Shown: piece after piece, positions 8,720-17,551 of the stretch | Layout of the letters: each line of letters starts with the position of its first letter | How positions within the stretch are numbered: position 1 is the first letter of the stretch | Assembly: GCA_023150835.1 (NCBI GenBank) | Contig: JAKLKB010000030.1 | Span: 1 to 55,531 of the forward strand | Source of the DNA: Myxococcota bacterium | Lineage (GTDB): Bacteria > Myxococcota_C > UBA6777 | DNA length: 55,531 nucleotides | Direction of reading: 5' to 3' | Notes under the pieces: generated by a model | Databases searched by the model: none | What the model saw: the letters and a program-made list of their open reading frames with translations, nothing else | What the model was told of the DNA's origin: nothing | Position numbers and translations under genes: made by a program

Positions 8720-10245
8720 CGTTTTGCTCCGTGTGGGTTGCTTGACGCGGGGGCTATGGACACAGGATTAGCGAGGGCATCGCCGACTTGGGGGCGAGGG
8801 CGAAGGGCGGGGCCTCGGACATTTGCGCTGGAAGCGGCTTCGGGCAACAAGATCGAAAAGGTCGCTCCACCCGATTCATTGGAACCTACGGTGATGCTTC
8901 CGTTGTGATCGATCACGATCTTTTTGGTGATCGCGAGTCCCAGTCCTGTTCCGAGTTGTTTGGTCGTGAAGTATGGGGTAAAGATCTTGCTCTGTAAATG
9001 GACAGGGATCCCCGGGCCTTGGTCTTCGACTTGGCAGATCACTTGTTGGGGCGGGATGCGGCCTGTTCGCAAGATCACGATCGGAGAGTCCGCTTCGATC
9101 GCATTTTGTACCAAGTTATGCAATACGCTGCGAAACAGCATCCGATCCGCCATCACCCACAATGAACCCTCCGATGTATCGAGGTGGATCTTGGCCTTGC
9201 CTCGAAACCAGTCGTACGCATCGAGGTATTCGCGCAGCAAGGCATTGAGATCCAAAAGGCTCGGCTCGACGGGAGGCAGCTTGGCAAAGGATGAAAACTC
9301 TTCGACCAAACGCCGCAAGGTCTGGATCTCTTCTTGGATGATCTCTTGGGCGATCTGTAGATTGCGCAAAAAGGCGGAATCTTCGCCTTTGTAAGCGCGA
9401 ACCAACTGCTGGATAGAAAGCTGGATCGGGGTTAATGGATTCTTGATCTCGTGGGCCAAGCGCCTTGCGATATCTTGCCATCGCGCCACTTGTTCCTTAA
9501 ACACTTCGTTTTGCTGTTGTTGCTGAAGGTGGCGGATCATCAAGGCGATATCGCGCTGCAATCCTTCTAACTCGTCGCGTGGGGCGCGTTTTCGATCGAT
9601 GATCGTCGGCGTCTGTGGGGTCACTTGCCAGATTAGCTGCCGCAACTCCCGCAACTCCCGCAACAAAAATCGTGTCAAGGCCGTCCCCAACAACATCGCC
9701 AACAACATCGACGCACCAAACATCGAAACCGCTGCCCAAAAAAATCCCGTCCTTCCGGCATATTTGGCGTCGATCCGTTGGCTGATCTGTTGTAGCACCA
9801 CACGCCACTGCGGGATATCTACCAGCGGAATTGATCGCCAAACCCGTAAGATCAGTCTCTTTCCGCCCACAGCGATCACGCGCTCCTCGATCGAAGATCC
9901 CGATGGGAGCGCGCTTTGATCGGCAAGGTAACGTTTCTCTCCCCACCGTACTTCCCGCAACCACCCCGCTTGGGCTCGTAGTACACGAAACCCCTGCTCG
10001 CGCTGTGTTTCCTCGATACGACCAAGGCACAAGCCGATCGCTTGCTTTTCTAACTCCCCGATCTGTCTCTGCCACGCCCGATCATTCGCCTCCAACGCTC
10101 GCTTTAACTCTTTCCCATGTTGCTCAAAGGTCTGCGCAAGTCCCGATCCCTCCAACAAAGCCCACGCCACGATCAAGCACACGCTCAACGGAACCAAGCC
10201 CACAAGCATCAACGTCCATAACTCTCTTTGTTGATAAGAGCGCAT
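8716..10245 (-). CDS. Membrane sensor histidine kinase (NtrY-like)
   Basis: Two TM segments, a HAMP-like region, WQDIARRLAHEIKNPLTPIQL, NLVQNA, DQGPGI, FTPYFTTK and GTGLGL; its stop overlaps the regulator start by 4 nt. Confidence 0.93.
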   Translation of the reverse strand: MRSYQQRELWTLMLVGLVPLSVCLIVAWALLEGSGLAQTFEQHGKELKRALEANDRAWQRQIGELEKQAIGLCLGRIEETQREQGFRVLRAQAGWLREVRWGEKRYLADQSALPSGSSIEERVIAVGGKRLILRVWRSIPLVDIPQWRVVLQQISQRIDAKYAGRTGFFWAAVSMFGASMLLAMLLGTALTRFLLRELRELRQLIWQVTPQTPTIIDRKRAPRDELEGLQRDIALMIRHLQQQQQNEVFKEQVARWQDIARRLAHEIKNPLTPIQLSIQQLVRAYKGEDSAFLRNLQIAQEIIQEEIQTLRRLVEEFSSFAKLPPVEPSLLDLNALLREYLDAYDWFRGKAKIHLDTSEGSLWVMADRMLFRSVLHNLVQNAIEADSPIVILRTGRIPPQQVICQVEDQGPGIPVHLQSKIFTPYFTTKQLGTGLGLAITKKIVIDHNGSITVGSNESGGATFSILLPEAASSANVRGPALRPRPQVGDALANPVSIAPASSNPHGAKR

Positions 10246-10314
10246 CTATTCTGCCTTCTTTGGTCTTCTCGCCCGATATAACGAGGGATCACGCGATTCG
10301 CTGCTTTCGGACGC

Positions 10315-10450
10315 GAGGCGATTCGGCGAGTCGGTGGGGTTCTACTCCAACCCTGTGGAGGCACCTTCTACCACAGATCGCAAGCTGAAAGGCAGGCATC
10401 CCAAAAGAGACCCTTGCCCACAGGCCGACCCCACCGACAAATCCCGCCTC
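10315..10450. ncRNA. Candidate structured RNA / leader (long imperfect hairpin)
   Basis: GTCGGTGGGGT (10330-10340) pairs with ACCCCACCGAC (10428-10438); CCTGTGG (10352) pairs with CCACAGG (10418); GAGGCG (10315) pairs with CGCCTC (10445). No known family recognised. Confidence 0.3.
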
Positions 10451-10842
10451 TCCTTTGGATTGAGGTCTCTTGGTCTGATCTTTGCGCTAGTGCCGAGGCG
10501 GTAAACAAACACGCTTCGCTCCACGCGAAGAGGTGTCGCATGATGCGGGTTGGAGAGATTGTGCGCGTTTTTGCCGTGTTCGTCATCCGACGGGCAGGCA
10601 AGGTATAGGTTGCGGGCTTCACAACAAACACAGTCTTTCTTTACTTACATCAGGCGCATGGACGGCAAAAAGCGAAGCCATCGGTGTGAATTTTTGAATA
10701 GGTTGCGGGCTTCATTCTTTTCATCGGTGTGCTTCCTTTTTGCCGGTACATGGTCTTCTTCCGCTGCTCTCTCTTTCCTCCTCCATTTTTTCTTCATGCC
10801 TCCAATCAACATCCCTTCCCCTCGGCTTCTTTGACACACCCC

Positions 10843-10967
10843 TCATACGAGATCCGCCCATTGTGTGATCGCGAAACGTAGGGGCAGACAGGTGTGGCTG
10901 CCTAATCACAGGGCGTTTACAACAAACCGCATCGACGCTTATGGATACGCTTTTGACGGATATTGTA
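10843..10967 (+). mobile_element. MITE/REPIN-like repeat, copy B (diverged)
   Basis: TCATACGAGATCCGCCCATTGTGTGATC...GTAGGGGCAGACAGGTGTGGCTGCC...CGGATATTGTA. Confidence 0.7.
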
Positions 10968-11144
10968 GGAATGATGATCGCAAACGAATGGCATGAGTTG
11001 GTCCAAGTGGTATGGGGCAGCGCCCCCACAAAACCATCCAACCCGCGATTCCAACAAAAGCACGTTTTTCAAGTATTCCTTGTTTGGCTTTGTGGTATAT
11101 TCCGCCCGCATGGGCCGACGTATCACGGAGGAGAAGAAGGAACG

Positions 11145-13172
11145 ATGTTGGTGTTGAAGGATCTTTCGTTGTTTTTGGGTGGGCGTGCGCTGATCGACGA
11201 AGTGAATTGGCAGATGAAGCCACAAGAACGCGTTGCGTTGATCGGGGGCAACGGTGCGGGGAAATCCACCTTTATGAAGGTGATCGCAGGTTTGATGGAG
11301 CCCGATGCAGGGGCGATCTTGGTTCCGAAGGGGACCAGTTTTGGCTACCTTCCGCAAGATGGCATCCATTTTCGAGCGCGCACGCTGTATGAAGAGGTGG
11401 TCTCGGCCCAACAAGAAGTGTTGCAGATCGAAAAAGAGATCAAGTCTCTTGAAGCAGCGATGGAGATCATCCAAGACGAAAGCGAACAATCCCAACTGAT
11501 GGAGCGTTACGACGTTTTATCGGAGCGCTTTCGTTATCTGGGCGGATACAACTTGGAAGCAGAAGTCGGCAGAGTTCTCGATGGATTGGGCTTTTTGCGT
11601 GTTGATTGGGAGCGTGCATGCGAAAACTTTTCGGGGGGATGGCAGATGCGGATCGCGCTTGCGCGCCTTTTGCTTCAACGCCCCAACTGGCTGCTGCTCG
11701 ATGAACCCACCAACCACCTCGATCTTGACGCTCGCAACTGGCTCGAAGGCTACCTCAAAGAATACCCCTCTGGGATCTTGATGGTTTCTCACGACCGCTT
11801 TTTTATCGACTCCTTGGTGCGCCGATGCACCGAGATCTACAACGGAAAGCTGTCTGATTACGAAGGCAACTTCTCTTATTACGAAGTCGAGCGCGAACGC
11901 CGTTACGAAGCCATCGAAGAAAAGGCACGCCGCCAAGCCGAAGAGATCGAAAAGATCGAGCGCTTTATCGATCGCTTCCGTTATCAGGCTTCCAAAGCCT
12001 CGCAAGTCCAAAGCCGCGTCAAACAACTCGAAAAGATCGAGCGGATCGTCTTGCCTCCCCGCCCTTCCAAGACAATGAGCTTTTCGTTTCCCAAGCCCCC
12101 TCGTTCGGGACGCGAAGTCCTTCAAATCACCCATGCCACCAAGCATTACGACGCGCTTTGTGTCTTAGAAGATATCAGCGTCACCGTCGAACGCGGCGAA
12201 CGCCTCGCTTTGGTTGGCGTCAACGGTGCTGGAAAGTCCACATTGATGCGGATGATGGCGGGTCGTGAGCCTTTTGTGGGCGAGCGCCAAGAAGGCTATC
12301 AAGTCAAACTGAGCTTCTTTGCCCAAGATCAAACCCAAGTCCTGATCCCCCAACATACGGTGCTTCAAAGTCTCGAAGAGGTCGCCCCTTATGAGATGAT
12401 GCCGCAACTTCGGACGTTGCTCGGTTGCTTTTTGTTCCAAGGAGACGATGTCTTCAAAAAGATCAGTGTCCTCTCAGGAGGCGAAAAAAGCCGCGTTTCT
12501 CTCGCACGTATGTTGATGCAGCCCGCCAACTTGCTGCTGATGGACGAACCCACCAACCACCTCGATATGTCCTCCCAACAAGTCCTCTTACAAGCGCTCA
12601 AACAGTACGATGGCACCATCGTTTTTGTCTCCCACGACCGCTTCTTTATCGATCAATTAGCCACCCGCATCATCGAGATCAAAGATCGAAAAACCACCAG
12701 TTATCTCGGAAACTACGAAGCTTATATCGAAAAAAAGATCAGCCTTGGCTTGCTCGAAGGCGAAACGGGTGTCCGCTTTACCACAGAAACCTCCCGTAGC
12801 AGCGAAGAAACCAACAAGCCCAAAGCCGTTGCCTCTCCTACAACCTCCGCATCAAAAGAACCTTCGGGACCGCGAGAACAGCGCCAACAACAGTACTTTG
12901 AAACCCAACAGCAACGACGGGAGTTTGAACGCAAACGCCGCAGCATCACCGAGGAGATCGCCAGTATCGAGTCTGCTCTTGCTCGCAAAGAAGAACGGCT
13001 CGCTGTCTTGGAATTGGCGATGTCCGAAAGCGGATTTTACGAAGACTTTGAACGATCAGGGCCGATTATCGAAGAGTACGACGAAATCAAAGCAGAGATC
13101 GCCCAAGCCTATGCCCTGTGGGAACAACTCCAAGAAACGCTTGAAGCCCTCGACAACGGCGCGGCAGCCTAA
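11145..13172 (+). CDS. ABC-F family ATPase (YheS/Uup-like ribosome-associated factor)
   Basis: Two NBDs (GGNGAGKST...FSGGWQMR...LLLDEPTNHLD; GVNGAGKST...LSGGEK...MDEPTNHLD), no TM segments, inter-ABC linker and C-terminal coiled coil; purine-rich RBS before the ATG at 11145. Confidence 0.93.
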   Translation: MLVLKDLSLFLGGRALIDEVNWQMKPQERVALIGGNGAGKSTFMKVIAGLMEPDAGAILVPKGTSFGYLPQDGIHFRARTLYEEVVSAQQEVLQIEKEIKSLEAAMEIIQDESEQSQLMERYDVLSERFRYLGGYNLEAEVGRVLDGLGFLRVDWERACENFSGGWQMRIALARLLLQRPNWLLLDEPTNHLDLDARNWLEGYLKEYPSGILMVSHDRFFIDSLVRRCTEIYNGKLSDYEGNFSYYEVERERRYEAIEEKARRQAEEIEKIERFIDRFRYQASKASQVQSRVKQLEKIERIVLPPRPSKTMSFSFPKPPRSGREVLQITHATKHYDALCVLEDISVTVERGERLALVGVNGAGKSTLMRMMAGREPFVGERQEGYQVKLSFFAQDQTQVLIPQHTVLQSLEEVAPYEMMPQLRTLLGCFLFQGDDVFKKISVLSGGEKSRVSLARMLMQPANLLLMDEPTNHLDMSSQQVLLQALKQYDGTIVFVSHDRFFIDQLATRIIEIKDRKTTSYLGNYEAYIEKKISLGLLEGETGVRFTTETSRSSEETNKPKAVASPTTSASKEPSGPREQRQQQYFETQQQRREFERKRRSITEEIASIESALARKEERLAVLELAMSESGFYEDFERSGPIIEEYDEIKAEIAQAYALWEQLQETLEALDNGAAA

Positions 13173-13349
13173 ATTTCTGTGGGCTTGCGGGGGGCTGCTC
13201 GCCAACATCTTGCCTTTTGCCGTGTGAACGTGCTAAGAAAGCTACCACAGCGGGCCAGATGTGCTTTTGGGACGCCTATCGTTGGGCTTGTCTTGCTGTT
13301 CGTGCTTTGTTGGGCATATCGTGTTTTATGTTTGGGATGGCGAAGAAAG

Positions 13350-13733
13350 ATGCGAACCTCTTTTTGGTGGGTGCTGATCCTGATCGTCTTGGCTGCGATG
13401 GCTTCGTGCATCGTTGAGCCACTTCGTTACGATTGGTTGGCTTGCTCAAAAGCAGGCGACTGTTCGAGCGGCTACGGCTGTTATGTGGTCTCTCAATTGC
13501 CCAACGGTGTCTGCCTCCAAGATGGCAACGGTCTCGAACCCTTTCAGGCCAGAGATGCTTCTCCTCAGGAACCTGCACAGGAAACCACCCCCGAGCAAAG
13601 CGAAGAACTCGACCCCGAAGAACCTGTTGTTTCCGAAGAGATCACACCCGAAGAACCCGCACAAGAGGCCACATCCGAAGAACCCGCACAAGAAGCCGCA
13701 CCCGAAACAGACGGAGGTTCGGACTCCGAATGA
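13350..13733 (+). CDS. Small Cys-rich lipoprotein with acidic repeat tail
   Basis: Lipobox in MRTSFWWVLILIVLAAMASC; four-Cys motif (CSKAGDCSSGYGC...GVC); EEPAQEA repeats. Confidence 0.7.
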   Translation: MRTSFWWVLILIVLAAMASCIVEPLRYDWLACSKAGDCSSGYGCYVVSQLPNGVCLQDGNGLEPFQARDASPQEPAQETTPEQSEELDPEEPVVSEEITPEEPAQEATSEEPAQEAAPETDGGSDSE

Positions 13734-13744
13734 AAATCTGTACC

Positions 13745-13772
13745 CGAAGCATCCGAAACTTCGGATGCTTCG
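13745..13772 (+). terminator. Perfect 12-bp hairpin after lipoprotein gene (terminator or stabilising stem)
   Basis: CGAAGCATCCGA-AACT-TCGGATGCTTCG, 11 nt after the stop; there is no clear U-tract. Confidence 0.5.
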
Positions 13773-14000
13773 CGGCTTGCGATCGAATCTTTACAATAGA
13801 ATCTGGCCCTCTGTTTGTGGGCGTTGTGTGGAAACCAAAAGCAAGAACAAACAACAAAAAACCACAAGAACAGCAAATCGTTTGGCCATTCAAAGCAGCT
13901 CGTAACGAATCGTGTGCCTCATTTGAAGGATACCAAGGGCAGCGTTTGGCTTGCCTGAAAAATTTTCACGCAAATCGAGTGATCTTGAAGGAGAGTCGTC

Positions 14001-14525
14001 GTGCAAAAGACGAAAAACATATCCATCGCATGGGCGATCTGTTTGTGTAGCGTTTTGTTTCTGCATTGTTCTGGAAAGACACAAACCAAAAATGACGCAA
14101 ATCCCGATCCCAAGGGCGATGCCAACACCACCACCATCAAACAACGCGGATGTATTCGTGGTCGTGTTGTCAACGAAGATGGACAAGGTTTCTCGGGAGT
14201 CCTCGTCAGCACCGATCCTCCAACCAGTCCCGAAGTCTCCGACAGCCGGGGGTTTTTTGAGATCTGCAATCGCCGCGTGATCAAAAACGAAGAGACGGGT
14301 GAAACTGCCAAAGAAGCCATCAAAGACGCCAACTACACCCTAAAACTCAACAAAGATGGCTACCATGCGCGACCTCTCAAATTCGACTACAGCGGCACCA
14401 ATATCAAGCTGCGCAACTTGGTGATGGTCGAAAAAACACGACCCCTCCCCACCGTTGTGCAAACCAAAGTCAAAGAAGGGAAGCGCGACTCGGGACTTGA
14501 ACCCAAAGCGCCGATCTCGGAATGA
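14001..14525 (+). CDS. Lipoprotein with carboxypeptidase-regulatory-like beta-sandwich
   Basis: GTG start after GGAG; lipobox FLHC; IRGRVVNEDGQGFSGVLVSTDP...SDSRGFF...YTLKLNKDGY pattern. Confidence 0.75.
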   Translation: MQKTKNISIAWAICLCSVLFLHCSGKTQTKNDANPDPKGDANTTTIKQRGCIRGRVVNEDGQGFSGVLVSTDPPTSPEVSDSRGFFEICNRRVIKNEETGETAKEAIKDANYTLKLNKDGYHARPLKFDYSGTNIKLRNLVMVEKTRPLPTVVQTKVKEGKRDSGLEPKAPISE

Positions 14526-14683
14526 ACCGTACATCCGAGGAGAGGAGCCTTTGGTGACGCCGATCTTGGCGACAAACCCTTGCGTTCCACATCCCTCAAT
14601 GTGTTTGATCCCACGATGCGTTTTCTCGAACCGTTCGCGTATCCGATGGGAGCGATGTCCACTTATCTTTTGGAGACGTTTGA

Positions 14684-17413
14684 ATGACACAGATGCGTGA
14701 TAGACAAAGGCTTGCTCTCCTCCAAAAGCCTTTTGCTGGATGGGTGCTGGCTCTTTTTGTGGTCGCATCGAGCGTTGCAACGCTCGGATGCAAGGGCAGC
14801 ACCGCTCCCCAAGTAGGCGTCTTCCCGATCAAGGTGGTTGCCCTCACCAGCGACAAAGTCGGTATCCCCAAAGCCAAAGTCAGCATCAACAATACGATGC
14901 TCGGAGAAACCGACCAGTTCGGCACTTTTGTGGGAACTTATCGCGGGAAAGTCCAAGACAAGATCCGCATCAAAGTCGAAGGAGCAGGGCAAGACAACTA
15001 CATGATCATGACCAGCCGCTTGCGCCTGCGAAAAACCGCGCATGGCCTTGCGCCTGCTGAGATCAAAGTCGAAGCCTTCCTGCGTCAGCCCCCTCCCGAT
15101 GCCGAAACCTCTCCCAACCCCCCTCCCAACCCCCCTCCTGCTGATCCAAACGCCACCGGCAACGCCAGCAATGCCACAGCCTCGAATACAGGCAGCAACC
15201 AAGCCACCGTCCCCTCAAAAGGCCCCGATCCCACCCCCGAAAGACCCCCCCCCCCGGCCGAAGAGCGAGGTACGGATTCTCCACCGATCCGAACGCCCCG
15301 ACCTGTTGGCCCCGAAACTCCACCCAAGCCACGCATCAGCGGAAAGTACCGCATCAAGGTCATCGCCAATGTCAGCGGTATCCAAGTGCTCAAAGGAAAG
15401 AAACCACAAGGCGTCATCCGTATCCCCGAAGGCATCGTCTCTGTCAAACACGTAGACAAAAGCGAGTCCCCGCAGCCCGTCACCATTACACTCAAAGCCC
15501 GTAAACCGTGGCTTTACAAAACGCCCGAAGTCACACGAGATGTCGCGCTGAATGTTTCCCAAGAAGAATACGAGATCCGCGTAGACTTTGAAAAAGCCCC
15601 GCCCTTTAAGATCATGGCCCGCGCAAATATCCCCGGAATCCGCGTATCGATGGGCAAAGACAAACAAGAGATCGCCGATCCCAACAACCCCGTTGCTTTC
15701 GAATACACAGGCAAACCCAAAACCCTCACCTTGGTCTTTGTCCCTGCCGATCGAAAAGTCAAGCCTCGACGAATCACCAAAAAAGTCCAACTCGAAGCGG
15801 GAAAGTTCGAATACACCGCCGATACCGCCGAGTTCAAAGCTCCTGAACCCGCTGCCGCCCCCCGCGATCCCGAACCACCCGCACGCGATCGCGAACCCGC
15901 TGTCGCTGTCCGTGATCGCGAACCTGCCGCCGCTACCCGCGACCCCGAACCACCCGCACGCGATCGCGATCCTGCTGTCGCTGTCCGTGATCGTGAACCT
16001 GCCGCACGTGATTCTGAACCTGTCGTGCCTGTTCTTACCCGCGAACCCGCCAAAACTTTCAGCGGAAAGTTCGCCATCACCGTCACCAGCACCGCCAAAG
16101 GGGCCGTCTACAAAAATGGCCGCAAAGTCGGCTCGATCTCCTCCGATGGCGGAAGCTACGTGGTCAAACACACCGACAAAAGCTCCTCTCCCAAACCCAT
16201 CACCATCAAAGTTCGCGCAGCCAAAGCCGATGCCTTCAAAAAACGCGATGTCGAACAAGAAGTTGCACTCGAAGCAGGTCGCGAAACCTACACCTCCGAG
16301 ATCCAATTTGAAAAACGGCCCGGCATCGTCATCAAAGCCTACGCCAACCAAAAAGGCACTCGCATCTCGCTCAAAGGAAAACCCCAAGGCGAGATCGTCG
16401 AGCCTGAGAAGCCCCTCTCGATCGACTACGACGGCTCTCCGCGTGGCAGCCTCACCGTCCTGTTTGTTCCTCCCGGAAACAGCTTCAAACCCCGCAAAGT
16501 CACCAAAACGGTTCGCCTCCAAAGCGGTGTGTTTGAATACGAAGTCCGCGCCGAGTTTAGCGAAGTCGACACAGGCTCCGAAGTCACCCTCAAACCCAAC
16601 TGCTTTCGCCGTTCCAAAGGAAAAAAACGCGTTGTCGTGTTGAAAGCCTCGGCAGGTACGGCATTTTCGCTCAAAAGCTCCGAAGGCGTAGATTGCGAAG
16701 GCGAGTCCCTCTCCAAAACAGGCAAGGCTGGCTTGATCAAAGTCCAGATGCCTGCGGGCTTTGTGCGCGTGATCGCTCAGTTCCCCGATGGGGCCAAAAG
16801 CGAAAAGACCTTTGAAGTCGCCGATGGCGGTGGCAATATGACCGTCTCGTTCTCCCAAGGCGGCAAGCGTTGCAACCTCGACCGCATCCAAGCCAAGATC
16901 CGCAACAGCATCTTCCTCGAAGAAGAAGAAGTCGCTTGCCTGCGCAATGTTCAAAAATCCAATTCGCAATACTTCTCTGCGCATACCTCCCTTTCTCGCT
17001 TCTACTGCCACAAACGCGCCTACAAAAACGGCATCAGCGTTCTTGATGAACTCTACAAAGACCCGCGCAATCGCTTTCAACCCTATCCCGCCATGAGTCT
17101 TGGCATCGAGTACAGCCGCTGTAAAAGCTACGATCGCTCGCTTGATCTTCTCCGTCAGGCCGAACGCACCGCCAACCGCTTCGCCGCCGCAGACAAGTAC
17201 GTCAACCAAAAATCCCTCTACAAAGCCCTTGCAGAAGTCTATGAACGCCGATACTACAGCAAAAAGAACATTACCGATCTTCGCCGTTCGCTCAAATCCT
17301 TCGAACGTTTGGGCGATATCTTGCGTGGGGATGACGACGACAAGTCTTACGCGCAAAAGAACATCACGCGCCTCAAATCCCTGCTCAGCAAACGCGGTGG
17401 CTTGGAAGAGTAA
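14684..17413 (+). CDS. Large lipoprotein with duplicated beta-rich modules, Pro-rich linkers and C-terminal TPR-like helices
   Basis: Lipobox TLGC; internal duplication (SGKYRIKV...KHVDKSESPQPVTI...FEK vs SGKFAITV...KHTDKSSSPKPITI...FEK); RDPEPPARDREPAVAV repeats; helical C-terminus. Confidence 0.8.
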   Translation: MTQMRDRQRLALLQKPFAGWVLALFVVASSVATLGCKGSTAPQVGVFPIKVVALTSDKVGIPKAKVSINNTMLGETDQFGTFVGTYRGKVQDKIRIKVEGAGQDNYMIMTSRLRLRKTAHGLAPAEIKVEAFLRQPPPDAETSPNPPPNPPPADPNATGNASNATASNTGSNQATVPSKGPDPTPERPPPPAEERGTDSPPIRTPRPVGPETPPKPRISGKYRIKVIANVSGIQVLKGKKPQGVIRIPEGIVSVKHVDKSESPQPVTITLKARKPWLYKTPEVTRDVALNVSQEEYEIRVDFEKAPPFKIMARANIPGIRVSMGKDKQEIADPNNPVAFEYTGKPKTLTLVFVPADRKVKPRRITKKVQLEAGKFEYTADTAEFKAPEPAAAPRDPEPPARDREPAVAVRDREPAAATRDPEPPARDRDPAVAVRDREPAARDSEPVVPVLTREPAKTFSGKFAITVTSTAKGAVYKNGRKVGSISSDGGSYVVKHTDKSSSPKPITIKVRAAKADAFKKRDVEQEVALEAGRETYTSEIQFEKRPGIVIKAYANQKGTRISLKGKPQGEIVEPEKPLSIDYDGSPRGSLTVLFVPPGNSFKPRKVTKTVRLQSGVFEYEVRAEFSEVDTGSEVTLKPNCFRRSKGKKRVVVLKASAGTAFSLKSSEGVDCEGESLSKTGKAGLIKVQMPAGFVRVIAQFPDGAKSEKTFEVADGGGNMTVSFSQGGKRCNLDRIQAKIRNSIFLEEEEVACLRNVQKSNSQYFSAHTSLSRFYCHKRAYKNGISVLDELYKDPRNRFQPYPAMSLGIEYSRCKSYDRSLDLLRQAERTANRFAAADKYVNQKSLYKALAEVYERRYYSKKNITDLRRSLKSFERLGDILRGDDDDKSYAQKNITRLKSLLSKRGGLEE
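15863..16006 (+). repeat. 75-bp intragenic tandem duplication encoding RDPEPPARDREPAVAVRDREPAA
   Basis: Units start at 15863 and 15938. Confidence 0.8.
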
Positions 17414-17551
17414 TTCACCGCTTTGAGCCACGCGAGGGACGCTTTTCGCCACTCGCTCTCTCTTTCTCTTGCCGCGATGCGCCGACCCCCTTTGATCAAA
17501 CCGCCCTTGTCTGGGTGGTTTGGTCTTGGGGCTTTTCCTCGGAGCTTTTGA

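Noticed and set aside
10283-10483. 6S, SRP or Pxr RNA identity
   Set aside because: I could not see the conserved 6S or SRP sequence motifs, and the position upstream of the kinase does not match what I recall for Pxr; kept only as an unassigned candidate.
10520-10840. Short ORFs (10368-10631, 10550-10834, 10645-10839)
   Set aside because: Low-complexity translations with no recognisable motifs; treated as intergenic.
10941-11144. 68-aa N-terminal extension of ABC-F (likewise 22067-22270 for SBP2)
   Set aside because: Both extensions start inside the repeat element, and better RBS-start pairs lie at 11145 and 22271.
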